Source: an uncultured Candidatus Saccharibacteria bacterium (GTDB lineage Bacteria; Patescibacteriota; Andersenbacteria; UBA10190). Taken from it: a stretch of 64,000 nucleotides of DNA. The DNA is taken from contig CAZSUC010000002.1 in assembly GCA_964610055.1 (NCBI GenBank), positions 82,283 to 146,282 of the forward strand, written 5' to 3'. Position 1 is the stretch's first letter. The number at the start of each line of letters is the position of its first letter. The notes under the pieces are model-generated. The model was not told the origin of the DNA and searched no databases. It saw only the letters and a program-made list of their open reading frames with translations. Below, piece after piece: positions 1 to 9,805 of the stretch. The translations under genes were made by a program, and so were the position numbers.

Positions 1-2
1 GA

Positions 3-2300
3 CAAGAGACAGCTGACCGATTAGGTCGGATGATTATTCAAAAATTAGAAGAGCAAGCAACGGTTGGTTTGGTTTCTGATGTTGAAAGAGTGCAAGACTT
101 GGTTGAGTTGGTTTTGATTGAAGAAGGGTTAGCTCGCACAGTGAAGTCATATATTTTGTATCGAGAAGAACATCGTCGAGTACGAGAAGCGCAAAAAGGA
201 ATTTTGGGCGGAAAAACAACAAAATTGCCCTTTTCTTTGAATGCTTTACAAGTGGTAGCGAAAAGGTATTTACGTCAGGATGAAAATGGGATTCCATCGG
301 AAACGCCGGAAGAGATGTTTCGACGGGTGGCTGATAGCTTGGCGCGAGTAGAGGAGCGATATGGGAAGAGCGGAGAAGAAATAGGGGAATGGTCAGACAG
401 ATTTTATGAAGCTCTGAGTCGTTTTGAGTTTACTCCGGCTGGTCGGACGGTAACGAATGCCGGAGCTGATACGCCAGTTGTGGCAAACTGTATCGTGTTG
501 CATTTTCAAGACAGCATGGAGGGGATTTTTGAGACTTTGAAAGAGGCGACTTTGTTACAGCAACAGGGATCTGGGTTAGGATTTGCGTTTCATTTGTTAC
601 GTCCCGCTGGGATTAGAGCAAAACGTACTCAGGGAAGAGCGTCAGGACCAGTGTCTTTCTTGCAAGTGTATAACACGGCTTTCGGTATTATTCAGCAGCA
701 AAATCGGCATGGAGCAAATATGGCAGTAATGCGAGTTGATCATCCGGATATTTTAGATTTCTTGCACTGTAAGGAGACAGAAGGAACATTGGTAAACTTT
801 AATATTTCGGTAGGGTTAACAGATCGGTTTATGGAGGCGGTGGAAAAGGATGCGAGTGAGCCGTGGATGTGTGAATGGAATGGAGTCAGAATGTATCCGC
901 GTCGGGTCAAAAGAAGTGCCCGGGGGGTGGTGGAGGAAATTATTGAAGAAAAAATGACAGCACGAGAATTATTTGATGAAATTATTTCTGCAGCTTGGAA
1001 TAACGGTGAACCGGGAGCAGTGTTCTTGGACGAAGTAAACCGAACTAACCCGGTGCCAGATTTGGGGCAGATTGAGACATGTAATCCGTGTGGCGAGCAG
1101 TTTTTGCACGATGGGGATGTGTGTAATTTAGGTTCGATTAATTTAGCGCAGTTTGCGGAAAGGGGAGAATTAAAAGAAGAGCGTTTGCGAGAAGTAACTC
1201 GATTAGCTGTGCGCATGTTGGATAATGTGATTGATTCTTATGGATTTGCGGTGGAGCGAGTGCAGCGTACAGCAACCGGTAACCGTCGTATTGGATTGGG
1301 CGTTATGGGATTTGCTGATTTGTTATATCAAATGAAGATTGGATATAATACGCCGGAAGGATTTGCGATGGCAGAAAGAGTAATGGGAATTATTCAAGAG
1401 GAGTCGCATCGGACTAGTCAAAAACTAGCGGAAGAAAAAGGAATATTTGCTAATTGGGACAAGTCGGTTTATGCCAAGCAGGGAGTTAAGATGCGTAATG
1501 CGGCTTTAACGACAGTTGCTCCGACAGGTACGATCTCAATGATGTTAGATGCTTCTGGTGGAGTTGAGCCGTTTTTTGCCTTGGCGTATCACTATAAAGG
1601 GATTCTGGGGGGGCATGTGAGCTTGAACTATGTTAATAAATATTTGGAACAAGAATTAAAAACGCGAGGACTGTACACAGAAGCATTGATTGAAAGAATT
1701 ATTGAAGAGGGTTCATTGCAGAATATTGATGAAATTCCAGCAGATATGAAGCGGGTGTATGTCACGGCGATGGATATTGCCGCTCAAGATCATATTAAGA
1801 TGCAAGCGGCGTTTCAACGACATGTTGATAATTCGATCTCTAAGACATGTAATTTTACATATGATGCGACTCATGAGGATGTGCGGGATGGTTATCTAAT
1901 GGCTTGGAGGCTAGGGTGCAAGGGGCTGACGGTTTATCGTGATGGTAGTCGTGAGGAGCAAGTGTTGAATTTGAACAAGACGAAGAAAAAAGAATTGCCG
2001 AGTGAGCCTGAAATGAAGCCAAGCGCGGAAAGTAGCGTAGTGGCGCCGCAACCACAACCAGTGATCATGCAAACTGAACCGCAGCCAGCGGTGCCGGTAG
2101 CTGCGGGTCAAACGATGATGGCGCAAGCACCAATGGTTGCCTCGACGGGAATAATGACTGCGACTTTGGAAAAAGCCAAAGAGATGTCCGCAAAGGAAAA
2201 GATAGCAGCCGGAATTTGTCCGGAATGTGACGGTACTTTAAGGCCAAGTGAAGGTTGTACGAGCTGTCCGAGTTGTGGGTGGGCATTATGTACTTTATAG
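3..2300 (+). CDS. nrdJ: Adenosylcobalamin-dependent (class II) ribonucleotide reductase with N-terminal ATP-cone remnant and C-terminal Zn ribbon; 5'-truncated by window edge
   Basis: Motifs ANCIV, TCNPCGEQ, CNLGSINL, TTVAPTGTIS, GLTVYRDGSR and terminal CPEC...CPSCG; no class-I Tyr-Tyr pair. The frame is open from position 3 (QETADRLGR) into the ATG at 30, so the true start lies upstream. Confidence 0.93.
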   Translation, partial: QETADRLGRMIIQKLEEQATVGLVSDVERVQDLVELVLIEEGLARTVKSYILYREEHRRVREAQKGILGGKTTKLPFSLNALQVVAKRYLRQDENGIPSETPEEMFRRVADSLARVEERYGKSGEEIGEWSDRFYEALSRFEFTPAGRTVTNAGADTPVVANCIVLHFQDSMEGIFETLKEATLLQQQGSGLGFAFHLLRPAGIRAKRTQGRASGPVSFLQVYNTAFGIIQQQNRHGANMAVMRVDHPDILDFLHCKETEGTLVNFNISVGLTDRFMEAVEKDASEPWMCEWNGVRMYPRRVKRSARGVVEEIIEEKMTARELFDEIISAAWNNGEPGAVFLDEVNRTNPVPDLGQIETCNPCGEQFLHDGDVCNLGSINLAQFAERGELKEERLREVTRLAVRMLDNVIDSYGFAVERVQRTATGNRRIGLGVMGFADLLYQMKIGYNTPEGFAMAERVMGIIQEESHRTSQKLAEEKGIFANWDKSVYAKQGVKMRNAALTTVAPTGTISMMLDASGGVEPFFALAYHYKGILGGHVSLNYVNKYLEQELKTRGLYTEALIERIIEEGSLQNIDEIPADMKRVYVTAMDIAAQDHIKMQAAFQRHVDNSISKTCNFTYDATHEDVRDGYLMAWRLGCKGLTVYRDGSREEQVLNLNKTKKKELPSEPEMKPSAESSVVAPQPQPVIMQTEPQPAVPVAAGQTMMAQAPMVASTGIMTATLEKAKEMSAKEKIAAGICPECDGTLRPSEGCTSCPSCGWALCTL

Positions 2301-2330
2301 GAATAACGGAAGCACGTATAATTTTAGAGT

Positions 2331-2360
2331 ATGATTTGTGAACGGAAGGAGGTGGCGTAA
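2331..2360 (+). other. Putative leaderless 9-codon upstream ORF (MICERKEVA) containing an SD-like AGGAGG
   Basis: TATAAT at 2317-2322, ATG at 2331, TAA at 2358-2360, AGGAGG at 2347-2352. Confidence 0.35.
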
Positions 2361-2366
2361 GAACAT

Positions 2367-2582
2367 ATGGAAAAAAGTGATAGTTTGCATTTATGGGCGG
2401 CGGTATTGTTGCTGGTAGGAGGATTGGTACATTTAATTCCGAGTGTATATAACGCGTTAGCAGCTTTAACTGACGGAACTCCGTGGGTTCAGATTGTTGT
2501 CGGTGCGTTATCAGTTGTAGTGGCTCTAGTTATGTTTGCCGGTGACAAGCAAGAAGGAATAAAGAAATCAGAGCTAAAATAG
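2367..2582 (+). CDS. Small two-helix membrane protein, unknown function
   Basis: 71 aa with two hydrophobic segments; AGGAGG upstream. Confidence 0.7.
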   Translation: MEKSDSLHLWAAVLLLVGGLVHLIPSVYNALAALTDGTPWVQIVVGALSVVVALVMFAGDKQEGIKKSELK

Positions 2583-2586
2583 TGGC

Positions 2587-3234
2587 ATGAATACAGAAGA
2601 ACTAAGCAATAATCAACATTCCTGGTCGGCGCGAGAGGAGTGGTGGCTAGGGTCAACATGGCATCGGTTTTTTGTGCGTCAGCGAGTATCGCGATTTTTA
2701 GAGTTGTGTCCAGAACCTTTTCGAGGAGAAGTTTTAGAAGTAGGGGCAGGGAAAGGTTGGACATCGCGACGTATTTTAGAGATATATCCGCAGGTAGAAC
2801 TAACTGCAACCGATATTAATGAAAAATCGGTAGAAGCGTTTCGAGATATGCGCAAGCAGTATGGTCGTCGATTATATGTAAAAAAAGCGGATGTGAGAAA
2901 GTTACCGTTTGATCGTTCGTCATTTGATATCGTGATTGCTGATCATGTGTTGCACTATGTGCAGGATTATAATCAAGCCTTGCAACAATTATTGCGTGTA
3001 TTACGGCCGGGTGGATTATTAGGAATAATTGGAAGTGAAAGACTGGGTGGAGCAAGTATGTCTCGTTGGTTGTGGCCGTCAGCAGGTAAATTGCCGCGGG
3101 CTGAATTGTTGAGCGATTTAACCCAAGAGAGTTGTACGATTTTGGCTGATAAAAAAAGAGGGCCGGAGTATTATTTATGGGTACGTAAATCATATCCGGT
3201 AGAAACTGAGGAAGAAAGATCGGGGCGAGCTTGA
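2587..3234 (+). CDS. Class I SAM-dependent methyltransferase
   Basis: VLEVGAGKG motif I, ADVRKLPF..SFDIV and RVLRPGG motifs. Confidence 0.9.
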   Translation: MNTEELSNNQHSWSAREEWWLGSTWHRFFVRQRVSRFLELCPEPFRGEVLEVGAGKGWTSRRILEIYPQVELTATDINEKSVEAFRDMRKQYGRRLYVKKADVRKLPFDRSSFDIVIADHVLHYVQDYNQALQQLLRVLRPGGLLGIIGSERLGGASMSRWLWPSAGKLPRAELLSDLTQESCTILADKKRGPEYYLWVRKSYPVETEEERSGRA

Positions 3235-3266
3235 CTGAGTTTGAAATCTGGGTACAGTGAAGGGCT

Positions 3267-4742
3267 ATGCAAATTAAGATTTTGCCAGTTAAGGCATCTT
3301 TGAAAGAGACTGAACTTAGTCTTTTTTTAATTAATATTGATCAAACACAGGGGCTAACGGAAGGATTGGAGATAAGAAAAGAACTAGCAAAATTAATTGA
3401 TCAATTACCAGATAAATTAACGGCTGGAGATAGTCACGTATTTTGGCAACAAAAAATCGGTGTAATCGGAGTAAATTGTAGCGATTCAGTAGTACGTCAG
3501 AATGAATGGGTGCGTAGAGGAATAGCTCAAGTGATCAGTCAGGTTCGCGCGTTTGGAATCCAAAAATTGACAATAGATTTGTCTGGTTGGAAAAGTGAGG
3601 ATGGCGCGAGGGTGGTAGCAGAAAGTTTGTGGTTGAGTCACTATACTTTTACGCAATTTTCAAATAAAGCACGAAAAGAGCATGAGAATCAGCGTATTAA
3701 AGAAGTGGGGATATATGTACCCGAGGATAAGGTATCTGCAGACCGAAAGAAGGTTAAAGAAGCGGAGAAAGTAATTAAAACGGTAGCCGAGGTACGTGAT
3801 TTGGTGAACTTGCCAGCAAATGAGATGTCTCCAAAAAAATTAGTACAGGTTGCACGAGAAATGGGGAAAAAGTATACCAATATCAAAGTTCAAATTTGGG
3901 ATAAAACAAGGATTAAGAAGGAAAAGATGCGCGCGTTTTTAGCGGTTTCGCAAGGTTCGGCTGAAGCGCCGTATGTGATTCGTTTGTCATATAAGCCAAA
4001 AGGAGCGCAGGTTAAATTAGCAGTTGTAGGGAAGGGCATTACTTTTGATTCAGGCGGATTAAGTATAAAACCAGCGGATTATATGCATGCTATGAAAATG
4101 GATATGGCGGGAGCGGCAGCCGTGATTGGTTTGTTTAAGATTTTAGGTGAAATGGGAGCGTTGATTGAGGTGCAAGGATACATTGCGGCGTGTGAGAATA
4201 TGCCGTCTGGAACGGCGTATCGACCAGGAGATGTAATTAAGAGTCGAAGCGGAAAAACAATTGAGATTAAAGATACGGACGCGGAAGGAAGAGTAACGTT
4301 AGCTGACATGCTGGATGTAGCGGTATCAGATCATCCGGATGCAATTATCGATATAGCAACTTTAACGGGAGCGTGTATGGTTGGTTTAGGTGAATCGGTA
4401 GCCGGCATGATGGGAAATGATTCAGGGTTGATGGAGCGAGTAGTGAAGGCATCTGAGCAAACAGGAGAACAAGTAGCGACATTGCCTTTGCCGTTAGAAT
4501 ATCGCAAGGATATTGAAAGTAAGGTGGCTGATATATGTAATTTATCAGCGGTAGCCTATGGCGGAGCGTTAACGGCAGGATTATTTTTACAGGAATTTGT
4601 TAAAGAGAAGCCATGGGTACATTTGGATATTGCGGGGCCAGCTTACATGGAGCGGGCAACATTGATTCCGTATTACACAGAAGGAGCGACAGGTTTTGGA
4701 ACGCGATTACTGTGGGAGGTTGTGCGAAGGTGGCGAAAATAA
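3267..4742 (+). CDS. pepA: Leucyl aminopeptidase (M17)
   Basis: VGKGITFDSGG, MKMDMAGAA, DTDAEGR, DIATLTGA and WVHLDIAG. Confidence 0.95.
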   Translation: MQIKILPVKASLKETELSLFLINIDQTQGLTEGLEIRKELAKLIDQLPDKLTAGDSHVFWQQKIGVIGVNCSDSVVRQNEWVRRGIAQVISQVRAFGIQKLTIDLSGWKSEDGARVVAESLWLSHYTFTQFSNKARKEHENQRIKEVGIYVPEDKVSADRKKVKEAEKVIKTVAEVRDLVNLPANEMSPKKLVQVAREMGKKYTNIKVQIWDKTRIKKEKMRAFLAVSQGSAEAPYVIRLSYKPKGAQVKLAVVGKGITFDSGGLSIKPADYMHAMKMDMAGAAAVIGLFKILGEMGALIEVQGYIAACENMPSGTAYRPGDVIKSRSGKTIEIKDTDAEGRVTLADMLDVAVSDHPDAIIDIATLTGACMVGLGESVAGMMGNDSGLMERVVKASEQTGEQVATLPLPLEYRKDIESKVADICNLSAVAYGGALTAGLFLQEFVKEKPWVHLDIAGPAYMERATLIPYYTEGATGFGTRLLWEVVRRWRK

Positions 4743-4755
4743 GGAAAAAGAGTTT

Positions 4756-5229
4756 CTAAATATTGTCGAGCAGTGAAGGAGTCCAAGTAGGGTAATCAGT
4801 TTGATCTTCATTGTCGTGATCAGTTTGATCGTAATAGAAAGACAAGTTGTTAGTTTCGTCAGCGGTGACAAGTGTGATCGAAACTTTTAGATCATGACCA
4901 GAGTCGGTTTCGGCGGGGATAATAGTGATTGTGTGTAGTTGATCGGATTTGGTGGCGTAATAGGAGCGCATAGGGATAATAAGAAGTCGGTTCAAATAGT
5001 CTTGGGTGGTGTCAATTTCTGAAGCAATACGAATATCGGGCTCAAGACCAAGATTTAAGCTTTGAGTAGGAGCGGGAGTAATAGCAGCCGGTAAGACTTT
5101 GTTGGTATTTAGGGAAGCAAGCTGGCCGGTTTGAAATAGTTTCCAGGTAATCCAAATAGCGGCGAGAGCAGCGATGAAAAAGCAGCACAGGGCGAGAGTA
5201 AAGAAAGAAATGAAACCATGACGAGACAT
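4756..5229 (-). CDS. Hypothetical protein with N-terminal membrane anchor
   Basis: 157-aa ORF directly downstream of znuB with an N-terminal hydrophobic helix. Confidence 0.7.
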   Translation of the reverse strand: MSRHGFISFFTLALCCFFIAALAAIWITWKLFQTGQLASLNTNKVLPAAITPAPTQSLNLGLEPDIRIASEIDTTQDYLNRLLIIPMRSYYATKSDQLHTITIIPAETDSGHDLKVSITLVTADETNNLSFYYDQTDHDNEDQTDYPTWTPSLLDNI

Positions 5230-5238
5230 AGGCTGAAA

Positions 5239-6048
5239 TTAGTGATGGATAAGACGAAATAATCCAGAGAGAACAAAAAGAAAAGCAGATGTAAGAATAA
5301 TAGTGGGTCCAGAAGGAAGATTAAGAAAGGCACTGCAGATTAGACCAAATATAATAGCAATAATATTGACAATGACACTAATAACAAACATGCCAGCTAA
5401 ATTGCGAGAGAGGTTCTGAGCAGTGGCGGCTGGAATGATTAATAAAGCGGTAACTAAAATAATACCGACGAGTTTGATAGCAAGAGCGATGGTACCAGCT
5501 AAGGAAACTAAGAAGATGGTTTCATATAGATTAGCTCGTAATCCTTCGGCGCGAGCGAGGGATTCATCAAAACTAAGGGCAACCATTGGTTTGCCGATGA
5601 AGTATAAAATAATAAGGATCGCAAGAGATAAAATGGCGCTGAGGGTGACGTCGGTGGAAGTAATTGCCAAAATGTCACCGAATAGAAAGGCAATAAGATC
5701 GGATTGATAGCCGGGTGATAGTTGGACCAAAATAACTCCCAGAGCCATGGCAGTCGGGAAAGCGACGCCAAGGAGGGTATCGATTTGAATTTTTGAGCGG
5801 ATGCGTGCGGCGGAGATGAGGCCAGCAATAACTAAAGAGAAAGCAAAAGCCCCGAGGAAAGGATTAAAATTAAACAGAATACCTAGAGCGATACCGGTTA
5901 AAGCAGAATGACCAAGGGCATCCGAAAAGAAAGCCAGGCGACGTAAGACGACCAGAACGCCAAGAAAGGACATGGTTATACCGAGCATAAGTCCGGCTAG
6001 CAGAGCGCGTTGAAAAAAAGGCGATAAAATGAGATCAGTGATGGTCAT
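5239..6048 (-). CDS. znuB: Zn/Mn ABC transporter permease
   Basis: FFSDALGHSALTG, FLFGDIL and LLIIPAATA motifs; many TM helices. Confidence 0.9.
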   Translation of the reverse strand: MTITDLILSPFFQRALLAGLMLGITMSFLGVLVVLRRLAFFSDALGHSALTGIALGILFNFNPFLGAFAFSLVIAGLISAARIRSKIQIDTLLGVAFPTAMALGVILVQLSPGYQSDLIAFLFGDILAITSTDVTLSAILSLAILIILYFIGKPMVALSFDESLARAEGLRANLYETIFLVSLAGTIALAIKLVGIILVTALLIIPAATAQNLSRNLAGMFVISVIVNIIAIIFGLICSAFLNLPSGPTIILTSAFLFVLSGLFRLIHH

Positions 6049-6796
6049 AGTGGTCGTGATTCATATGAACATGATGAGCGACAGGGGTGCCATACATTTG
6101 CTCTAAGACGTCATCGGACAGGACTTGATGGGGAGCCCCGGTGCAAAAAAGTTTTTGATTAAGACAAATGACTTGGGTGGCGAAACGAACAACAACATCA
6201 AGTTCATGACTAACTAAAACTAAAGTAAGATGATGTTCGGATTGGAGGCGAGCCAAGAGATTGTAGACGGTTTCTTGTCCTTGAACATCAACTCCGGAGA
6301 CGGGTTCATCCATAAGAATGAGACGTGGAGAATCCATTAAACTGTAAGCAATCAAGACGCGTTGTAACTGTCCGCCGGATAACGAGGATAAAGGAGCGGG
6401 AAGAAAATCAAGCATGGCCACCTCGTTCAGAAGATGTTTGGCTCGTGATAGTTCGTCTGGCTTAAGTCCGAGTCTGCGGCGTGATTTCAGGGAAAACAGA
6501 CCCTGAACGGTTAAGGGGAAATTATCCGGAAAATTCAGTCTTTGAGGGATGTAGGAGAGTAGAGGTGCAACAGCGGAAAAATTTTCATGGGGAATGCCAA
6601 AAATTTGAATCTTACCGGAGCGCTTAGGATTTAGCCGCAAGATGGTTTTTAAGAGGACTGATTTGCCGGCTCCGTTAGGGCCAATCACAGCAGCAGTTTC
6701 GCCAGTATTAACGGTTAAAGAAATATCGTTTAAGATCTGGTGGTTATTAAGAACCACTGAAAGCTGGTCGATAGATAGGGCGGGTGAGTTAGTCAT
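6035..6796 (-). CDS. znuC: Zn/Mn ABC transporter ATPase with His-rich C-terminus
   Basis: GPNGAGKS, LSGGQLQRV, LMDEP, VSHEL; tail HHVHMNHDHYDHH. Confidence 0.9.
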   Translation of the reverse strand: MTNSPALSIDQLSVVLNNHQILNDISLTVNTGETAAVIGPNGAGKSVLLKTILRLNPKRSGKIQIFGIPHENFSAVAPLLSYIPQRLNFPDNFPLTVQGLFSLKSRRRLGLKPDELSRAKHLLNEVAMLDFLPAPLSSLSGGQLQRVLIAYSLMDSPRLILMDEPVSGVDVQGQETVYNLLARLQSEHHLTLVLVSHELDVVVRFATQVICLNQKLFCTGAPHQVLSDDVLEQMYGTPVAHHVHMNHDHYDHH

Positions 6797-6858
6797 TGGT
6801 TTTACTATATCTTTGAAAGGGGATAGTTTGCCAGAGGGTGTGATATAATAAAGTTCGT

Positions 6859-8586
6859 ATGGCTAACAATGAGGTAGTCCAGGTCGTAAAAGTACTGCTT
6901 GAAGCAGGCAGATTAAATGAAGAGCAAGCCAAAACGGCTGAGGCGGCAATTGGTGGTGGTCGAGGTGGGTATGACGTATTAGTCGGAGGGCAGTTGGTTG
7001 ATGAGGAGGCATACACTCAGGCTGTGGCACAAGTATTACAGGTACCATATATTTCGTTAAAAGGAGTTGCGATTTCTCGAGATGTGTTAAACGTGATTCC
7101 AGAATCAACTGCACGGGAACATTCAATTGTTGCTTATGAACAAGATGAAAGCAGCTTAAAAGTAGCAATGTTGGATCCGAGTGATCGTCAGATTGTGGAA
7201 TTTATACATAAAAAAGTAGATCAGCCAGTAACAGTAGCACTGGCAAGTGCTACGAGTATTAAGTGGGCGTTAGCTCAATATCGTGAAAGCTTAGAAGCGG
7301 AACTACAAAAGATACTGCAACAGTCTTCAGCTGGAATGGACGTAACGGATGATTTGAATAAAATTGCGGAAGATTTGCCGGTGGTGCGAACAGTTGACTT
7401 GATGTTGAGACACGCGATTTTACAGGGAGCGTCGGATATTCATATTGAGCCGTTAGAAGATAAGGTAGTAATTCGGTTTCGGGTGGATGGTTTGTTAAGG
7501 GATGTTCTATCGTTACCGAAAACATTTTTGGCGGGGTTGGTCGCTCGAATTAAAGTGTTAGCACATTTGAAGATTGACGAGCATCGTTTGCCTCAGGACG
7601 GCAGATTTAAAATCCAGTCTGATGATTATAAAGTGGCGTTTCGTGTGTCAGTGTTGCCAGTATACGACGGCGAAAAGTTAGTCATGCGTTTGTTGGATGA
7701 GTCGGGTAAAGGATTGGTGTTGGATTTATTAGGAATGAGACCAGATGTATTAGACGTATTTCGTCGTAATGTCCAAAAGCCTCACGGTATGATCTTAGTA
7801 ACAGGGCCAACTGGGTCTGGTAAAACTACGACTTTGTACGCCGCAATGAAGGAATTGAATGTGCCAGAGGTCAATATTAGTACGATTGAAGATCCAATTG
7901 AATATCGCATGCCAAGAGTTAACCAAACGCAGGTGAATCCTCAAATTGGATTAACTTTTGCATCGGGGTTACGAGCTTTAGTGCGTCAGGATCCGGACAT
8001 TATTATGGTTGGTGAAATTCGAGATGAAGAAACAGCCTCGTTAGCAATTAATGCTGCTTTAACAGGTCATTTGGTGCTATCTACTTTACACACTAATAGT
8101 GCATCTGGTGCATTACCGCGGTTGTTGGATATGGGGGTAGAAGCGTTCTTGGTGGCGTCGACGGCTAATTTATTGTTGGCCCAACGATTGGTGCGGCAAT
8201 TATGCAAGGATTGTCGGCAAGCAGCTAAAATTGATGAAAAAGTTTTGGCGGATGTTTTGAAGTTAGTCAGTGAAGAAAGATTAACAAGTGTTTTGCATCA
8301 GGAAGGCGTGTTAAAGGAAGGACAGAACTTGAAAGATATAGAAGTCTATCAGCCGGTGGGATGCAGTGTGTGTGGCGACGGGTATAAGGGGCGAGTTGGG
8401 ATATATGAAGTAATTGAAATGACAGATGAATTACGGGAGATGGTTTCAGAGAAAACAACTTCTCAGGATCTAGAAAACCTGGCCAAGACTCAACAGAAAA
8501 TGACCACGATGTTTGAAGATGGGTTTATAAAAGTGATGGCAGGTGAAACTTCGATTGCGGAAATCTTACGCGTAGCTAAGGAATAG
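6859..8586 (+). CDS. pilB: Type IV pilus assembly ATPase (PilB/GspE)
   Basis: ASDIHIEP, RLPQDGR, GPTGSGKTT, EDPIEY, RQDPDIIMVGEIRD, TGHLVLSTLHTN and two Cys pairs. Confidence 0.93.
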   Translation: MANNEVVQVVKVLLEAGRLNEEQAKTAEAAIGGGRGGYDVLVGGQLVDEEAYTQAVAQVLQVPYISLKGVAISRDVLNVIPESTAREHSIVAYEQDESSLKVAMLDPSDRQIVEFIHKKVDQPVTVALASATSIKWALAQYRESLEAELQKILQQSSAGMDVTDDLNKIAEDLPVVRTVDLMLRHAILQGASDIHIEPLEDKVVIRFRVDGLLRDVLSLPKTFLAGLVARIKVLAHLKIDEHRLPQDGRFKIQSDDYKVAFRVSVLPVYDGEKLVMRLLDESGKGLVLDLLGMRPDVLDVFRRNVQKPHGMILVTGPTGSGKTTTLYAAMKELNVPEVNISTIEDPIEYRMPRVNQTQVNPQIGLTFASGLRALVRQDPDIIMVGEIRDEETASLAINAALTGHLVLSTLHTNSASGALPRLLDMGVEAFLVASTANLLLAQRLVRQLCKDCRQAAKIDEKVLADVLKLVSEERLTSVLHQEGVLKEGQNLKDIEVYQPVGCSVCGDGYKGRVGIYEVIEMTDELREMVSEKTTSQDLENLAKTQQKMTTMFEDGFIKVMAGETSIAEILRVAKE

Positions 8587-8587
8587 T

Positions 8588-9805
8588 ATGTCCATTTTTG
8601 CATATCAGGGCAGAGATGAAAAAACAGGCGAGGTCGTATCGGGAATGCGAGAGGCGCCTAATCATGCGCAGCTAGGTCAAGATCTATTACAAGATGGGAT
8701 TTTATTAACTCGATATTCATTACAGAAAAAGCAGAGGCGCGGTGCGACTTTATGGGAATCGGTTTTTGAAAGAGTGCCATTGTTGGAGAAGATATTGTTT
8801 ACGCGATATTTTGCTTTGATGTTACGCGCCGGATTAGATGTTAAGCAGTCCTTACAAGCTTTGAGCGAGCAGACTAGGAATAAGTTTTTGAAAAAAGCAA
8901 TTGAGGGAATTATGCAGGCAGTTGATCGCGGGGTGGGGCTGTCAGATGCAATGAGAAATTATCCTATGTCGTTTTCTGATTTATTTATTAGTTTTGTGCG
9001 GGTAGGTGAGAGCACTGGTCGTTTGCAAGAGTCATTGTCAGTGTTATCGATTCAGATGCAGAAGGAGTATAACTTAAGGCGAGCGGTACGTGGTGGTTTG
9101 ATGTATCCCCTGGTAATTGTTGTTGTTTTAGTGGTGGTGGCGTTTGCGATGCTTGTATTTGTAGTACCGAAGTTGGCAGAAGTGTTTGAAGGGTTTGATG
9201 TAGAATTGCCATTAACAACAAGAATTTTAATAGCAGTTGGTGCTTTTTTTGAAGTGTATTGGTGGCTAGTGATTATTGGGGCAGTTATTTTAGGATCAAT
9301 TATCTGGATGTTAATGCTGGTGGATAAGGTTAAAGGCGGAGTGATGCATGCATTATTATTTATGCCAATTGTCGGTCCAATCATGAAACAAGTAAATTTA
9401 GCGCGATTCTCGCGTAATTTAAGCTCATTGCTACAGAGCGGAGTAAACTTTGTGGATGCTTTAGGAATTATGGGTGAGAATACGGCTCACCATAGTTATG
9501 CGCGAGTGTTATTAGGGGCGAGGGAGCATGTTCGGAAAGGTAAATCGTTGAGTGAATATCTGGCGGGACATGAGCGACTTTTTCCCCCGTTAGTTGTAAA
9601 TGTAGTTAAAGTTGGTGAGGAGACAGGGGCGTTAGATGAAGTGTTACGTGAGATTGCTTTGTTTTATGAAGAAGAAGTGGATCAGGTGATGAAGAATCTG
9701 ACGTCGGTAATGGAGCCAGTTTTGATGGTTGTGATTGGAATTGCAGTGGGGGCACTGGCGATTGCGGTTATCTCGCCGATTTATGGGTTGGTCAATGTTA
9801 TTTAA
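8588..9805 (+). CDS. pilC: Type IV pilus platform protein (PilC/GspF)
   Basis: Two GspF repeats (VGESTGRL, VGEETGAL), MYP and EP motifs; adjacent to pilB. Confidence 0.92.
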   Translation: MSIFAYQGRDEKTGEVVSGMREAPNHAQLGQDLLQDGILLTRYSLQKKQRRGATLWESVFERVPLLEKILFTRYFALMLRAGLDVKQSLQALSEQTRNKFLKKAIEGIMQAVDRGVGLSDAMRNYPMSFSDLFISFVRVGESTGRLQESLSVLSIQMQKEYNLRRAVRGGLMYPLVIVVVLVVVAFAMLVFVVPKLAEVFEGFDVELPLTTRILIAVGAFFEVYWWLVIIGAVILGSIIWMLMLVDKVKGGVMHALLFMPIVGPIMKQVNLARFSRNLSSLLQSGVNFVDALGIMGENTAHHSYARVLLGAREHVRKGKSLSEYLAGHERLFPPLVVNVVKVGEETGALDEVLREIALFYEEEVDQVMKNLTSVMEPVLMVVIGIAVGALAIAVISPIYGLVNVI

